A DNA stretch of 64,000 nucleotides, taken from positions 1 through 64,000 of the IMG/VR virus record IMGVR_UViG_2754412319_000001, one strand, 5' to 3'. Shown piece after piece: positions 9,082 to 17,686 of the stretch. The position numbers and the translations under genes are program-made. Numbering within the stretch: position 1 is the stretch's first letter; the number at the start of each line of letters is the position of its first letter. The notes under the pieces are model-generated. The model made no database searches, had not been told where the DNA came from, and worked only from the letters and a program-made list of their open reading frames with translations. This DNA comes from a virus. Its lineage: Duplodnaviria > Caudoviricetes.

Positions 9082-9788
9082 CTGGTGGCTAGGTACGTCG
9101 CCTGCCGCGCGCGGAGCGCGGTCTTGAAGGCGACCATGTCGTTGAAGGCGAGGTCCCCATCCTTCATTTTCAGCACACCAGCGTCAAGGAGTTTCTGCCG
9201 TTTATCAGATGGAAACGCGTCGGCCGGCAGGATGGTGAACAGCAGCTCGGTGAGCAGATCCACCTGCGCTTCGAGCGCGGCGAGCGCGTCGTTCGTCTTC
9301 GTGTCTTTGAGCAGCTTGTGCTTCGCGTGCCAGCGGTCGATGACCGGCGCGACGGAGGGCATGAGCCGCTTGATGACCATGTCGCCGCCTTCATCCGTCG
9401 TGTCGACGGTTGGGGCGGGGTTGGCCGGCTCGTCGGTGAAGCAGAAGAAGACGGCAGTGTAGTCGTCCTTCGCCTCGTTGATGCCGATGACCACGACGGG
9501 CATAAACGAGTCGATGTTCTTGCGGAGCAGAGCAGACGACATGCTGTCCTTCGACTCGTGGATGTCGCTGCCCCACACGACCACGTACTGACCGCTGCGG
9601 GCACGGACCAGATGCAGGACGTCGTTACCGAACTCGACCTTGTTCAAGTCGAACTGCCAGTAGAGGCTCAGTTCCGTCGACTGCATCGTGAAGCCGGTGG
9701 GGGTCTGGATGACGGTGACGATGCCGTACGCCTTGGCGCGATCCTCATCCGACATGTCCTTGGGCATGAGCGCCTTATGCACGAGCAT
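9078..9788 (-). CDS. Hypothetical protein between the tail fibre and the radical SAM gene
   Basis: 236 aa with a beta-rich N half and a helical C half (DALAALEAQVDLLTELL); overlaps both neighbours. Confidence 0.75.
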   Translation of the reverse strand: MLVHKALMPKDMSDEDRAKAYGIVTVIQTPTGFTMQSTELSLYWQFDLNKVEFGNDVLHLVRARSGQYVVVWGSDIHESKDSMSSALLRKNIDSFMPVVVIGINEAKDDYTAVFFCFTDEPANPAPTVDTTDEGGDMVIKRLMPSVAPVIDRWHAKHKLLKDTKTNDALAALEAQVDLLTELLFTILPADAFPSDKRQKLLDAGVLKMKDGDLAFNDMVAFKTALRARQATYLATR

Positions 9789-11253
9789 GGTCGAGTCCCT
9801 TCCAGTCGAAAGTGTTGTAATCGAAGTCGAACCCGTTCGCGCCGGCCGAGACCACGTAACCTTCGGCGATGATCATGTGACACCCGCCGACGATCGGCAG
9901 GTAGACCTTCGTGTTGGGGTTCATGTCGTGCTTCACCACACGCTTGCGTTGCCAGCCGTCGATGTGGGCGAACTCATCCCAGCGGTCGTCCAAAAGGCGA
10001 ACATCGTCGTTGTTCGGCAGGCCCTTCACGACGCCCAGCTCGACGCCACGCATCCACGACTGCTTGTCCACCACACCGAACGCCTGCGCGCCGTCGCGGC
10101 GCGTCCAGAAAGCGTGATCATCCGTCCAGAAGAACGAGCGATCCTCGAACGAGACCATCTTCCGGTCGCCCAGCAGCGGCGTCTCGACGTCGAGCACGGC
10201 TTCAGGCCCGAGCGGCGTCATGACCATGTCGCCGACCTTGATCTTCTCGACATACTCCCAGCTGCCGTCAGCCATCATGATCCGCGTGCCGGCCGGGAAG
10301 CAGGTGCAGGCGCAGTTGCAGTTGCAGTTGCCCCACACGCGGACGAGCTGGACCTGACTGCCCGAGCGCTGGAGGTAGAAGGACTGCGGCGCGATCACGC
10401 CGTTGCCGACCCACGGAAACCCACCGGGGCGCCATCCGTCGCCACCATCGGTCGTGCCGACCGAATTGAGGCGGTCTTCCGCGCCCTTGCCGGCGAAGCA
10501 GTTTTCCAGCCAGCCATAGCGCGACGTCCAGATCCCGCCCGTGCCCTGTTCGAGCGTGTGCGTGTCGGTCGCGAAGCCCTTGCCGCCGTACACCCGCACG
10601 TAGCTGAAGTCGGACATGTGGATGCCGCCGCCATACGTCTGGTTGTACCAGCCGACTTGACCGTTCGAGCGGAACCAGCCGTTGTTGTACAGCTCGGCCA
10701 CCGTGTCGCCGTTGCGGCCGAGCTTGGCGTTGTTCAGCGAGTTGTAGAGGTAGTCGGCGTAGTTCTTCGTCGCGGCGTGGTAGGGCTGCGACGGGTCGCC
10801 CGAGAGCGTGAGCGGGCCGGTCATCTGGTCGCCAGAACGCAGCACGCGGTTGTTCGCCGCGGTGGTTGCCGCCTGCGCCTGCGCGTCGACGTACCGCTTC
10901 GGCGTGGCATGCAGCGCCTGCGACGGATCTCCCGAGAGCGTGAGCGGGCCGGTCATGCTGTCGCCGCTCTTCGAGACACGCGTGCCGATTGCGGCCGACA
11001 GAGCATCGATCGAATCCTGGTAGGCGATCGTGCGGTTGTAGTCGATCTCGACCACCCACGTGACCGGCGTGAGGCTCGTGAGGCGGAAGAGCTTGTTCTG
11101 CGACGTACTCAGGTACGGCATGCCGATCTGAAGGCCGTTGATCGGGAACGAGTCGCCAGCGTTGCGCGAGATCGCCGTGAGGTCGTTGTTGAGCAGCGGA
11201 GCCAGCGAGTCTGAGACCCGCTGACTGTCCGGAATCTGTGTGTAGTTCTGCAT
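9775..11253 (-). CDS. Tail fibre with C-terminal Cys-rich motif and Hint (Hedgehog/intein) domain
   Basis: Two SGDxMTGPLTLSGDPSQxxHAxxKxYxD fibre repeats, GWFRSNGQVGWYNQTYGGG segment, NCNCNCACT, then CFPAGT...TDDH...VYLPIVGGCHMIIAEG. Start placed at MQNYTQ (11253); the track start 11307 is possible. Confidence 0.85.
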   Translation of the reverse strand: MQNYTQIPDSQRVSDSLAPLLNNDLTAISRNAGDSFPINGLQIGMPYLSTSQNKLFRLTSLTPVTWVVEIDYNRTIAYQDSIDALSAAIGTRVSKSGDSMTGPLTLSGDPSQALHATPKRYVDAQAQAATTAANNRVLRSGDQMTGPLTLSGDPSQPYHAATKNYADYLYNSLNNAKLGRNGDTVAELYNNGWFRSNGQVGWYNQTYGGGIHMSDFSYVRVYGGKGFATDTHTLEQGTGGIWTSRYGWLENCFAGKGAEDRLNSVGTTDGGDGWRPGGFPWVGNGVIAPQSFYLQRSGSQVQLVRVWGNCNCNCACTCFPAGTRIMMADGSWEYVEKIKVGDMVMTPLGPEAVLDVETPLLGDRKMVSFEDRSFFWTDDHAFWTRRDGAQAFGVVDKQSWMRGVELGVVKGLPNNDDVRLLDDRWDEFAHIDGWQRKRVVKHDMNPNTKVYLPIVGGCHMIIAEGYVVSAGANGFDFDYNTFDWKGLDHARA

Positions 11254-11314
11254 CGTGGTGGTGTCCGTTAGCAAACCGAATTTTACGAGCGCCGGCCAGA
11301 GCGCCAAAGGGATT

Positions 11315-11776
11315 TCAGTACGCGTGCGCCGCCCAAGTCAAAGCGCCATCGATCTTCGCCTTATCAGCGACCCGCTCAAGGAAACAGTCGAAATACGTAC
11401 GTGTGATCGAGCCGGCGACCAGTTTCGCCGTGCAGGGGTCGCTCGCACTCTGCACGGTCAGTGTCACCTTTGGCGGAACGTGAAAAGGCCGCGCGAAGAA
11501 GATTCGCGTCGGGGTCCCACCGTTGATGATGTTGTCGCCGCTGTCGAACATGTCAGGGACATCGACGACAACGCTCAGCTTGTTGATGACCCCGCGGTCG
11601 CCGGATGTCGAGTTCATCGAGATCCGGAAGAGGGCGGTCTGATACTCATAGTCGCCCTGCACGAACGGTTGAAACGGCGTATAGCCAGTGGGGCTATCCG
11701 ACGTGAGCAAGGCGAGGAAACCATCGTCGTCGAGTACCTTCTTCGACACGGTGATGTCGGAAATTACGTGTGTCAT
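11315..11776 (-). CDS. Tail tip accessory protein
   Basis: 153 aa from MTHVISDI, immediately after the gpJ-like stop. FFARPFHVPPKVTLT resembles H-type-lectin-like fibre domains. Confidence 0.6.
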   Translation of the reverse strand: MTHVISDITVSKKVLDDDGFLALLTSDSPTGYTPFQPFVQGDYEYQTALFRISMNSTSGDRGVINKLSVVVDVPDMFDSGDNIINGGTPTRIFFARPFHVPPKVTLTVQSASDPCTAKLVAGSITRTYFDCFLERVADKAKIDGALTWAAHAY

Positions 11777-11777
11777 A

Positions 11778-14700
11778 TCAGTACAGGCTGTAGTTGACGG
11801 TTGCGCCGATGCCGCCGACGTTGAGGGTTCCTCGGAACATCGAGCCACCTTCGCGGCCGACGTAGAGAGTGCGCGTGCTGGCGTCCTGCGAAATGGCGAC
11901 CAAGTAGCGTTCGCCGATTTCGAGGTCGATCGGAATGGAGATCTTCTTGCCGTTGTTGTCGATTGCGTAGACGCTCATCGTAGACGCTTGATAGCCGATC
12001 GTGATCTGCGCACTATTGCGTCCGCAGAAGCTCGACCACGTGTCGTCGTTGTTGTCGTACGGAATGATCCAGAAGCTCGTCGAGAACACGTTCGGGATGT
12101 TCACGCTGAACGTCACGCGCGTCGGCACCGGTTGGAGTGGTGCGGTCTGCACGAACAGGCCGGACCCATACTTACCGGCGCGGTAGCTGACTGTTTGCTG
12201 CTCGGTCGCCGCACCATCATCGCCGGGGCCGGAGAATCCGAGAGTATTGTCCAGCTTGATCGCGTACAACACGTCGGGCGGAAGCGCCGTGAGCGTCGCG
12301 ATCTCCGCGCGGTAGTTGATCGACGAGATATCCCCTTGTGCTGCCCACGGCATCTGCGCCTTCGCGTCGTTCCACGGAAACGTCGCATCGTTCCATCGCA
12401 TGGTGAAGTCGACAATCGCGTCGAGGCCGATGAAGAGCGTGTTCTGCGCACGGAAGCTTGTCGGCAGCGACACGCTGAAGATGTACTCTGCCTTCGCCTT
12501 GCCATCGTCCATCCGCAGCGAATCACCGTAGATGACCATGTTGTAGCGCATCCCCGTGAAGCCTTTCGTCAGTTCGTCCGTCTCGTAGACGATGTTCGTG
12601 TTGTCGAGCTGGGCCACGTCGGTCGTGACGAACGTTGCCTTGTCCGAGTAGATGCCGGGGGCCGCGATCGCCTTCAACCAGAACTTGCGCGTGCCACCTG
12701 CGCCGGCCGTAAGACCAAAGCTGGTAGATTTCGTCTTCGCGACGAACACTGCCGTCGCCCAGGAATCCCCCTCGCGGATCTCGTAGTCGAGGATGTTGTC
12801 TTCCGGGTTCGGCTTCCAACTCATCTCGATTCGATTCGACGACTGCACGGCGATGACGCCCCGGACGGCCGAGGGGCCGTACAGTGCGATCGTCTGGATC
12901 GTCGGGATCGGCGAGAAGTTGTGACTCGTGTCGATCGCGCGGATCATGAACGAGTAGGCCCCACCGGTATCGGTCGTCCATGCGAACTGCGTCGCCGCGT
13001 AGTCGGTCACGAGAACTGTTCCGGTTTCCCAGGACGTGCCAAGGCGGATCTCATAACCAGCGCGGTCGAGATCCGGGATTGGGTCCCACTTCAGCAGGAT
13101 GTCGTTCTGACGGCGGATGACGTTGAAGTTCGTTACGTTGCTGGGCGGTTCATCCTTCCCGACGCAGCGATAGTTCCACGTCGACAGCTGCGAGCTGCGG
13201 TAATCGAACGTGCTGATCGCCCACACCGTGATGTCGTAGTCGACACCGCTCTTGCAAGGACCAAGGAACACGCTTTCGCCGGTCGTGCTCGCGGTGAGCC
13301 ACGTCGACTGCGAACTCTCCTTCCACTGCACGTCGTAGCGCTTGACGATCGCGTTCGCAGGCGCGTCCCACGATACTAGGATACGAGCCTGAATCGAGCC
13401 GTCCTGACCGATGATCAGCTCCTCCGTACCGGACGCCATGACCATGTTCATCGGCGGGGGAGGGATCAACGGGTTTTTGAACGAATATTGCGTGCTGCCG
13501 ATCGGCACGCAGTTGTCTGCTGCGGCCTGCTTGTTGATGTTGATTTCGACGGCCGTAACCTTGTAGGTGTCAGGCTGGTTGTCTACCGGCTCGATCGCGA
13601 TCGTACGGAACGGCTTCGCGATCCCGAACCCACCATTGTCCTCGATCGTGAAGACGGTGCGATCCGGAATGTTTGGCGGAATGACGCCGCTCATGATCGT
13701 CAGCTCGGTCACGGCCCCGATCTTGCCAGGGGTAACGACGAAATTCGACAACCCGTCGACGGACTGGAGCCGCAGGTTGTAGTTCTGGTTGACCGTGAAG
13801 TAGATCGGGTCTCGCAGGTAGATCTTGTTGTTGAAGATCGACTTGATCCGGCCACCAGACGACCAGCCGGTGATTGGGTCGGCGATATAGATCGGCTTGT
13901 ACGGGTCGATGACGCGGCCGAGGCGCGCGGTCACGAACGACACCGTCGCACACTCAGTAGTCGACGTGATCAGCTGATAGGTGGCCCGACGAACAGCCTC
14001 GTGCTCGTTCGTGCAGCCAATCGCCTGAAACTGGTAGGGAATGCTGCCGTTGAGCGCGATGTGCTCTTCGTTGGCGACACGTCGGTGGTCAACGTTCCAG
14101 TCGATGTCGGGGTTGACGAACTGAACCTCGTAGTCGTTGTAGCGCGTCGACATGTCCGTGAACGTGTAGCTGAAGCCTTCCGGCGTCACGTTCTCGGGCG
14201 TGAACATCAAGGTCGGTTCTTCCCATCGGTCGACGCGCAGATGGACCATTCCAGTCGCGTCGTCGAAGATAACCGCGCCGAAGCTGCCGGCGACATACTT
14301 CAGCATGTCGAGGCCGGTCTGCTGGTCGGTCAGGGCGAGGTTGAAGGTGTAGCGCGGTTGCCATCCACCGCGGCCGTCCGGGACCATCTCGTCGCACCAC
14401 CGGCCCGCATCGTAAAAATCGAAGCGGTTGCACGTGATCCACGGGTAATACTTCGCGAGACCCCACGTGGGGTTCATGATGAGGTTGTACAGAATCCATG
14501 CCGGGTTGTTCGTCCATGCGAGCTTGAACGTCCCATTCCACGGGCCGCTCGCGTCGTACGAGTGCATGTCGCCGTTGTAGTTCGTCGGAACCAGGATCTC
14601 CAGCCCGTCATAAATACCGGCGAAGTCCGGGATCGAGCTGAACTGGCTCGTCGCCTTGGCGACCAGATGGAGGAGCGCGACTTGGTTGTACGAGCGGTTG

Positions 14701-15383
14701 CCTTTCGTGACCATCTGGAAGCTTTCCCAGGTAAGGTCACAAAATTCCGTCGTACTGGCGTCGGGATTCTCCTTCAGTACCCGGATCACCCAGTTGTCAT
14801 TGATGCGAGGCACGTCCCACGCATAGTCGACCATGTAGCCGCTCGTGGTCTTGCCCGTCACCTTGATCAAACCACCTTGAACTTCCGACCATGCGGCGTA
14901 GCTGGATGCCGGGCGATACTGAATTCGGAAGCGGGCCGTGTTGTTGAAGGAGCCGTCGTTGTTCTGGATGTAAAGGACGTTGAACTGCATCCGCACTTGC
15001 AGCTGGTCGATAACGCCCTTCAGCGACTGGTCGGTCTGACGGTTGACCCACGTTCCTTGAAATAGACGTGTGCCGACCTGGGTGTTCGAGCTTTCACCCC
15101 CGAGGACGTAGTTGACCGGAGAGTCGTGCGCGGTGCCGAGCTTGACGCCGAGGTTGAACGAACTGAAATTCAGCGATCCATCCTGCGACATGAGCGGCGT
15201 CCCGCCAACATAGAAGCTCTTCATTCCGTCTACCAGCCCTCGAATGGGGCCTTGAGACAGTCCAAGGACGATCTCGACGACGTCTCGGGAAAACAGGTTG
15301 TCGTCCGTTCGCGTGGGCGAGCTGGAGCCACCGCCGCTCGCGCCACGGATGCTCTGGATAGGACGTTCTTCTTCGACAATCAT
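11778..15383 (-). CDS. Central tail tip / host-specificity protein (lambda gpJ-like) with FN3-like repeats
   Basis: 1201 aa. LSQGPIRGLV, WTNNPAWILYNL, PRYTFN and GCTNEHEAVRRA are J-like motifs; PPSNVTNF..LKWDP is FN3-like. Confidence 0.9.
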   Translation of the reverse strand: MIVEEERPIQSIRGASGGGSSSPTRTDDNLFSRDVVEIVLGLSQGPIRGLVDGMKSFYVGGTPLMSQDGSLNFSSFNLGVKLGTAHDSPVNYVLGGESSNTQVGTRLFQGTWVNRQTDQSLKGVIDQLQVRMQFNVLYIQNNDGSFNNTARFRIQYRPASSYAAWSEVQGGLIKVTGKTTSGYMVDYAWDVPRINDNWVIRVLKENPDASTTEFCDLTWESFQMVTKGNRSYNQVALLHLVAKATSQFSSIPDFAGIYDGLEILVPTNYNGDMHSYDASGPWNGTFKLAWTNNPAWILYNLIMNPTWGLAKYYPWITCNRFDFYDAGRWCDEMVPDGRGGWQPRYTFNLALTDQQTGLDMLKYVAGSFGAVIFDDATGMVHLRVDRWEEPTLMFTPENVTPEGFSYTFTDMSTRYNDYEVQFVNPDIDWNVDHRRVANEEHIALNGSIPYQFQAIGCTNEHEAVRRATYQLITSTTECATVSFVTARLGRVIDPYKPIYIADPITGWSSGGRIKSIFNNKIYLRDPIYFTVNQNYNLRLQSVDGLSNFVVTPGKIGAVTELTIMSGVIPPNIPDRTVFTIEDNGGFGIAKPFRTIAIEPVDNQPDTYKVTAVEININKQAAADNCVPIGSTQYSFKNPLIPPPPMNMVMASGTEELIIGQDGSIQARILVSWDAPANAIVKRYDVQWKESSQSTWLTASTTGESVFLGPCKSGVDYDITVWAISTFDYRSSQLSTWNYRCVGKDEPPSNVTNFNVIRRQNDILLKWDPIPDLDRAGYEIRLGTSWETGTVLVTDYAATQFAWTTDTGGAYSFMIRAIDTSHNFSPIPTIQTIALYGPSAVRGVIAVQSSNRIEMSWKPNPEDNILDYEIREGDSWATAVFVAKTKSTSFGLTAGAGGTRKFWLKAIAAPGIYSDKATFVTTDVAQLDNTNIVYETDELTKGFTGMRYNMVIYGDSLRMDDGKAKAEYIFSVSLPTSFRAQNTLFIGLDAIVDFTMRWNDATFPWNDAKAQMPWAAQGDISSINYRAEIATLTALPPDVLYAIKLDNTLGFSGPGDDGAATEQQTVSYRAGKYGSGLFVQTAPLQPVPTRVTFSVNIPNVFSTSFWIIPYDNNDDTWSSFCGRNSAQITIGYQASTMSVYAIDNNGKKISIPIDLEIGERYLVAISQDASTRTLYVGREGGSMFRGTLNVGGIGATVNYSLY

Positions 15384-15395
15384 CGTTTGGTTTCG

Positions 15396-16025
15396 TTATG
15401 CGAGAACGCAGTGGAGTGCTTGACCGTCCCCGTTCTGGTTGCAGTAGCCACCGAGGACCATGTTGGAATCGTCGTACCGCTTCGCGTCGACGTTGAACGA
15501 CAGGTAGTGCCCGAAGTGTTTCACTCGACCGAAAAGGAGCGAAAGTCGAGTGCCGATTTTCACGGTGTTCTGAGTGGAAGGAATGATCAAGCTAGAGTTC
15601 GTCGCTGAACTCGCCCCCAGCTTGGGTTGAGGGGCGAGCATTGAGATGATGCCGCCGAGCATCATCATCGCTCCCCCCATCATCATGCCGATGCCGGTCG
15701 TAACCATCGTGCCACCCGCCGGCCCGGTCCACCAGAGGATCGCGCCGACCACGACCATCACGGCCCCAATCAGGATCTGTAGGAAGCTGCCGTTGCCGCC
15801 CGCGCCGCGCAGGGCAGGATAGACGTGCAACTCGGTCTTGTCGGTCTGCACGAACAGTGCATCGCGGCAATCGAAGCCGTCGACGCGCACGTCGACGGGG
15901 TTCTCGGCGTCAAAGCCGGGGAGCTGCTTCAGCACCGTCAGCGCTTCAGCGGCAGTGGTGGCGTGGACTTTAATCGGCTCCGGGTGCCGCTCCTTCAGGG
16001 AGCCATGCAGAAAGATCGTCTTCAT
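15396..16025 (-). CDS. Tail assembly protein (lambda gpI-like)
   Basis: Ubiquitin-like N-term (IFLHGSL..ATTAAEAL), Gly-rich hydrophobic middle, QNTVKIGTRLSLLFGR. Confidence 0.85.
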   Translation of the reverse strand: MKTIFLHGSLKERHPEPIKVHATTAAEALTVLKQLPGFDAENPVDVRVDGFDCRDALFVQTDKTELHVYPALRGAGGNGSFLQILIGAVMVVVGAILWWTGPAGGTMVTTGIGMMMGGAMMMLGGIISMLAPQPKLGASSATNSSLIIPSTQNTVKIGTRLSLLFGRVKHFGHYLSFNVDAKRYDDSNMVLGGYCNQNGDGQALHCVLA

Positions 16026-16338
16026 CGAGCAAAATTACCGCGTTGTTTCTGACGTAGTAGCACCAGACATCGTGCTCGCCAATGATGTAGTGGAACCACC
16101 GTGGCCACGCCTGAAATGCACGGTAGTCCTGAGCAGATAGGTTCGGCCCCGTGCGTGGATGCGTGTGCCATGTGGCTGCAATCTGATCCTCGTATTGTCG
16201 GATAGACGCGGGGGTAATTTCAAAGCCTATTTCGGGCTGCTCATGGACGTTTTGGCACTCGACGATCGATCCGTCATTTAGGAGGAAGCCGCACCGTTCG
16301 GTCAGGGGAGTCCAGAGTTTCAACAAGTCGTCGTTCAT
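15970..16338 (-). CDS. JAB/MPN metalloprotease-like tail assembly protein (gpK N-half)
   Basis: ERCGFL..WHTHP..SAQD JAB motif. Confidence 0.85.
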   Translation of the reverse strand: MNDDLLKLWTPLTERCGFLLNDGSIVECQNVHEQPEIGFEITPASIRQYEDQIAATWHTHPRTGPNLSAQDYRAFQAWPRWFHYIIGEHDVWCYYVRNNAVILLDEDDLSAWLPEGAAPGAD

Positions 16339-16816
16339 ACTTCTCTCTCAAGTGTGGTGGCAGGAGGGTCATGAAATCGACCGACTCCGCTTGTTCCTGA
16401 TTCTTCGCTGCGATGTCCGGATGCCGGATGACATCGAGCACACGGTTCTTCCACCGGTCGTTCAGTGGGTCGGCTTTCGAGACTTGGCCATACAGGTGAT
16501 GCAACACGTACTGATTGCCGACGTAGACGCCGATGTGGTTCGCGATGCCGGACCTACTGGCGACGTGCATCATCAACAGGTCGCCGATCTGCAAGCGATT
16601 CAGCGGCGTACTGATGAGGAGAAACCCTTCACGGTTGAAGTAGTCACCGAGCAGATTGAAGCCGTCGTTTTCCCACGCGCACGGTCGAGCGTAGTTCGTC
16701 AACTTCATTCCATAGGTCTTGTCCAACCATTTGCGCACAAGGCCGTAGCAATCGTCGCGGCCTTCGACGTACGGGATTCCCTCGAACCCTTCGATGTATT
16801 TTTCATAGAGAGACAT
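16274..16816 (-). CDS. NlpC/P60 tail assembly protein (gpK C-half)
   Basis: GRDDCYGLV (catalytic Cys) and ANHIGVY..VLHH; start placed at MSLYEKY. Confidence 0.85.
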   Translation of the reverse strand: MSLYEKYIEGFEGIPYVEGRDDCYGLVRKWLDKTYGMKLTNYARPCAWENDGFNLLGDYFNREGFLLISTPLNRLQIGDLLMMHVASRSGIANHIGVYVGNQYVLHHLYGQVSKADPLNDRWKNRVLDVIRHPDIAAKNQEQAESVDFMTLLPPHLREKYERRLVETLDSPDRTVRLPPK

Positions 16817-17297
16817 GGGGGAACTCCGGTGGGTAAAAGGCACGTGCCGGCAGGTAGAACATCTGCCCGTCAAGTGGGGTACGCAGCTCGAAGGTGGCCA
16901 TCGAATTGCTCATGCTCAGGGTCTTCGACACGCGCCAGATGTTGATCTGGTAGCGGCCGACGTTGTTTTTCACATCCTCAAGGTGGCAGCGGTAGCGGGT
17001 GATCGTTGCACTGTCGGTCTTTCCCTGCGCGATAAACGCAGAAAAGATCCCGTCCGGGTTGGCGATCGTGAGCTTCGGTCGATTCCACTGGCCGTCCGTG
17101 CGAACACCCTCGCCGGCGAGGGTGATAGGGATGGACTCGAACACCATCCCTTGCCACGTGACTTGACTCTTGGCAGTCATGCAAAGAACCGTGCCACCAG
17201 AGATGCTGTTGAGTTCCATCTTGAATAGATCGACCAGTGCGTCGGCTGACAGCTCGAACGACTGGGAAACGTGTGTATCGGGAAGATCGGATCTCAC
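16803..17297 (-). CDS. Minor tail protein L-like
   Basis: LVDLFKMEL..VTWQGMVFESIPITLAG..RPKLTIAN..FELRTPLD. GTG start overlaps the upstream stop. Confidence 0.8.
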   Translation of the reverse strand: MRSDLPDTHVSQSFELSADALVDLFKMELNSISGGTVLCMTAKSQVTWQGMVFESIPITLAGEGVRTDGQWNRPKLTIANPDGIFSAFIAQGKTDSATITRYRCHLEDVKNNVGRYQINIWRVSKTLSMSNSMATFELRTPLDGQMFYLPARAFYPPEFPHVSL

Positions 17298-17686
17298 GGC
17301 ATCTCCACGAATTCGACGCTGAAGGCCTCCGACCATCCGTCGGCTCCCTTTTTACCCTTCGGCATTTCGAGAGGCTTGTTGAAACGGACGTTCAAGGTCC
17401 CCAACCACGGGTGCTTGTACTGGAAGGTCTTGTAGAGCCTGTACGTCTCGTAGAAGGCTTTGAGAAGACCCATGTTGTTGAGCGGATTCGTGGTGATGTC
17501 CACGGAGCCATCCGCGTTGATCCCGCGCCACATTGTCTCGAACGAGAGAATGAAAATGCGCTGTTCCGGAGCGGTTGGCGGCGTTGAGAACACATACGAG
17601 TTCCCGAGCTGAATGCGCGTTCCAGACTCGGGATACTTCTCTTCGACCAGATGATTCGGAAAATCAAAAGTGAGTGACGTTGCCAT
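17294..17686 (-). CDS. Distal/minor tail protein (gpM-like)
   Basis: 130 aa directly after the tape measure; RIQLGNSY, FYETYRLYKTFQYKHP. Confidence 0.75.
   Translation of the reverse strand: MATSLTFDFPNHLVEEKYPESGTRIQLGNSYVFSTPPTAPEQRIFILSFETMWRGINADGSVDITTNPLNNMGLLKAFYETYRLYKTFQYKHPWLGTLNVRFNKPLEMPKGKKGADGWSEAFSVEFVEMP

Noticed and set aside
9790-10302. A classical protein-splicing intein in the tail fibre
   Set aside because: No terminal His-Asn plus Cys/Ser/Thr and no real C-extein, so it is treated as a cleavage-only Hint.
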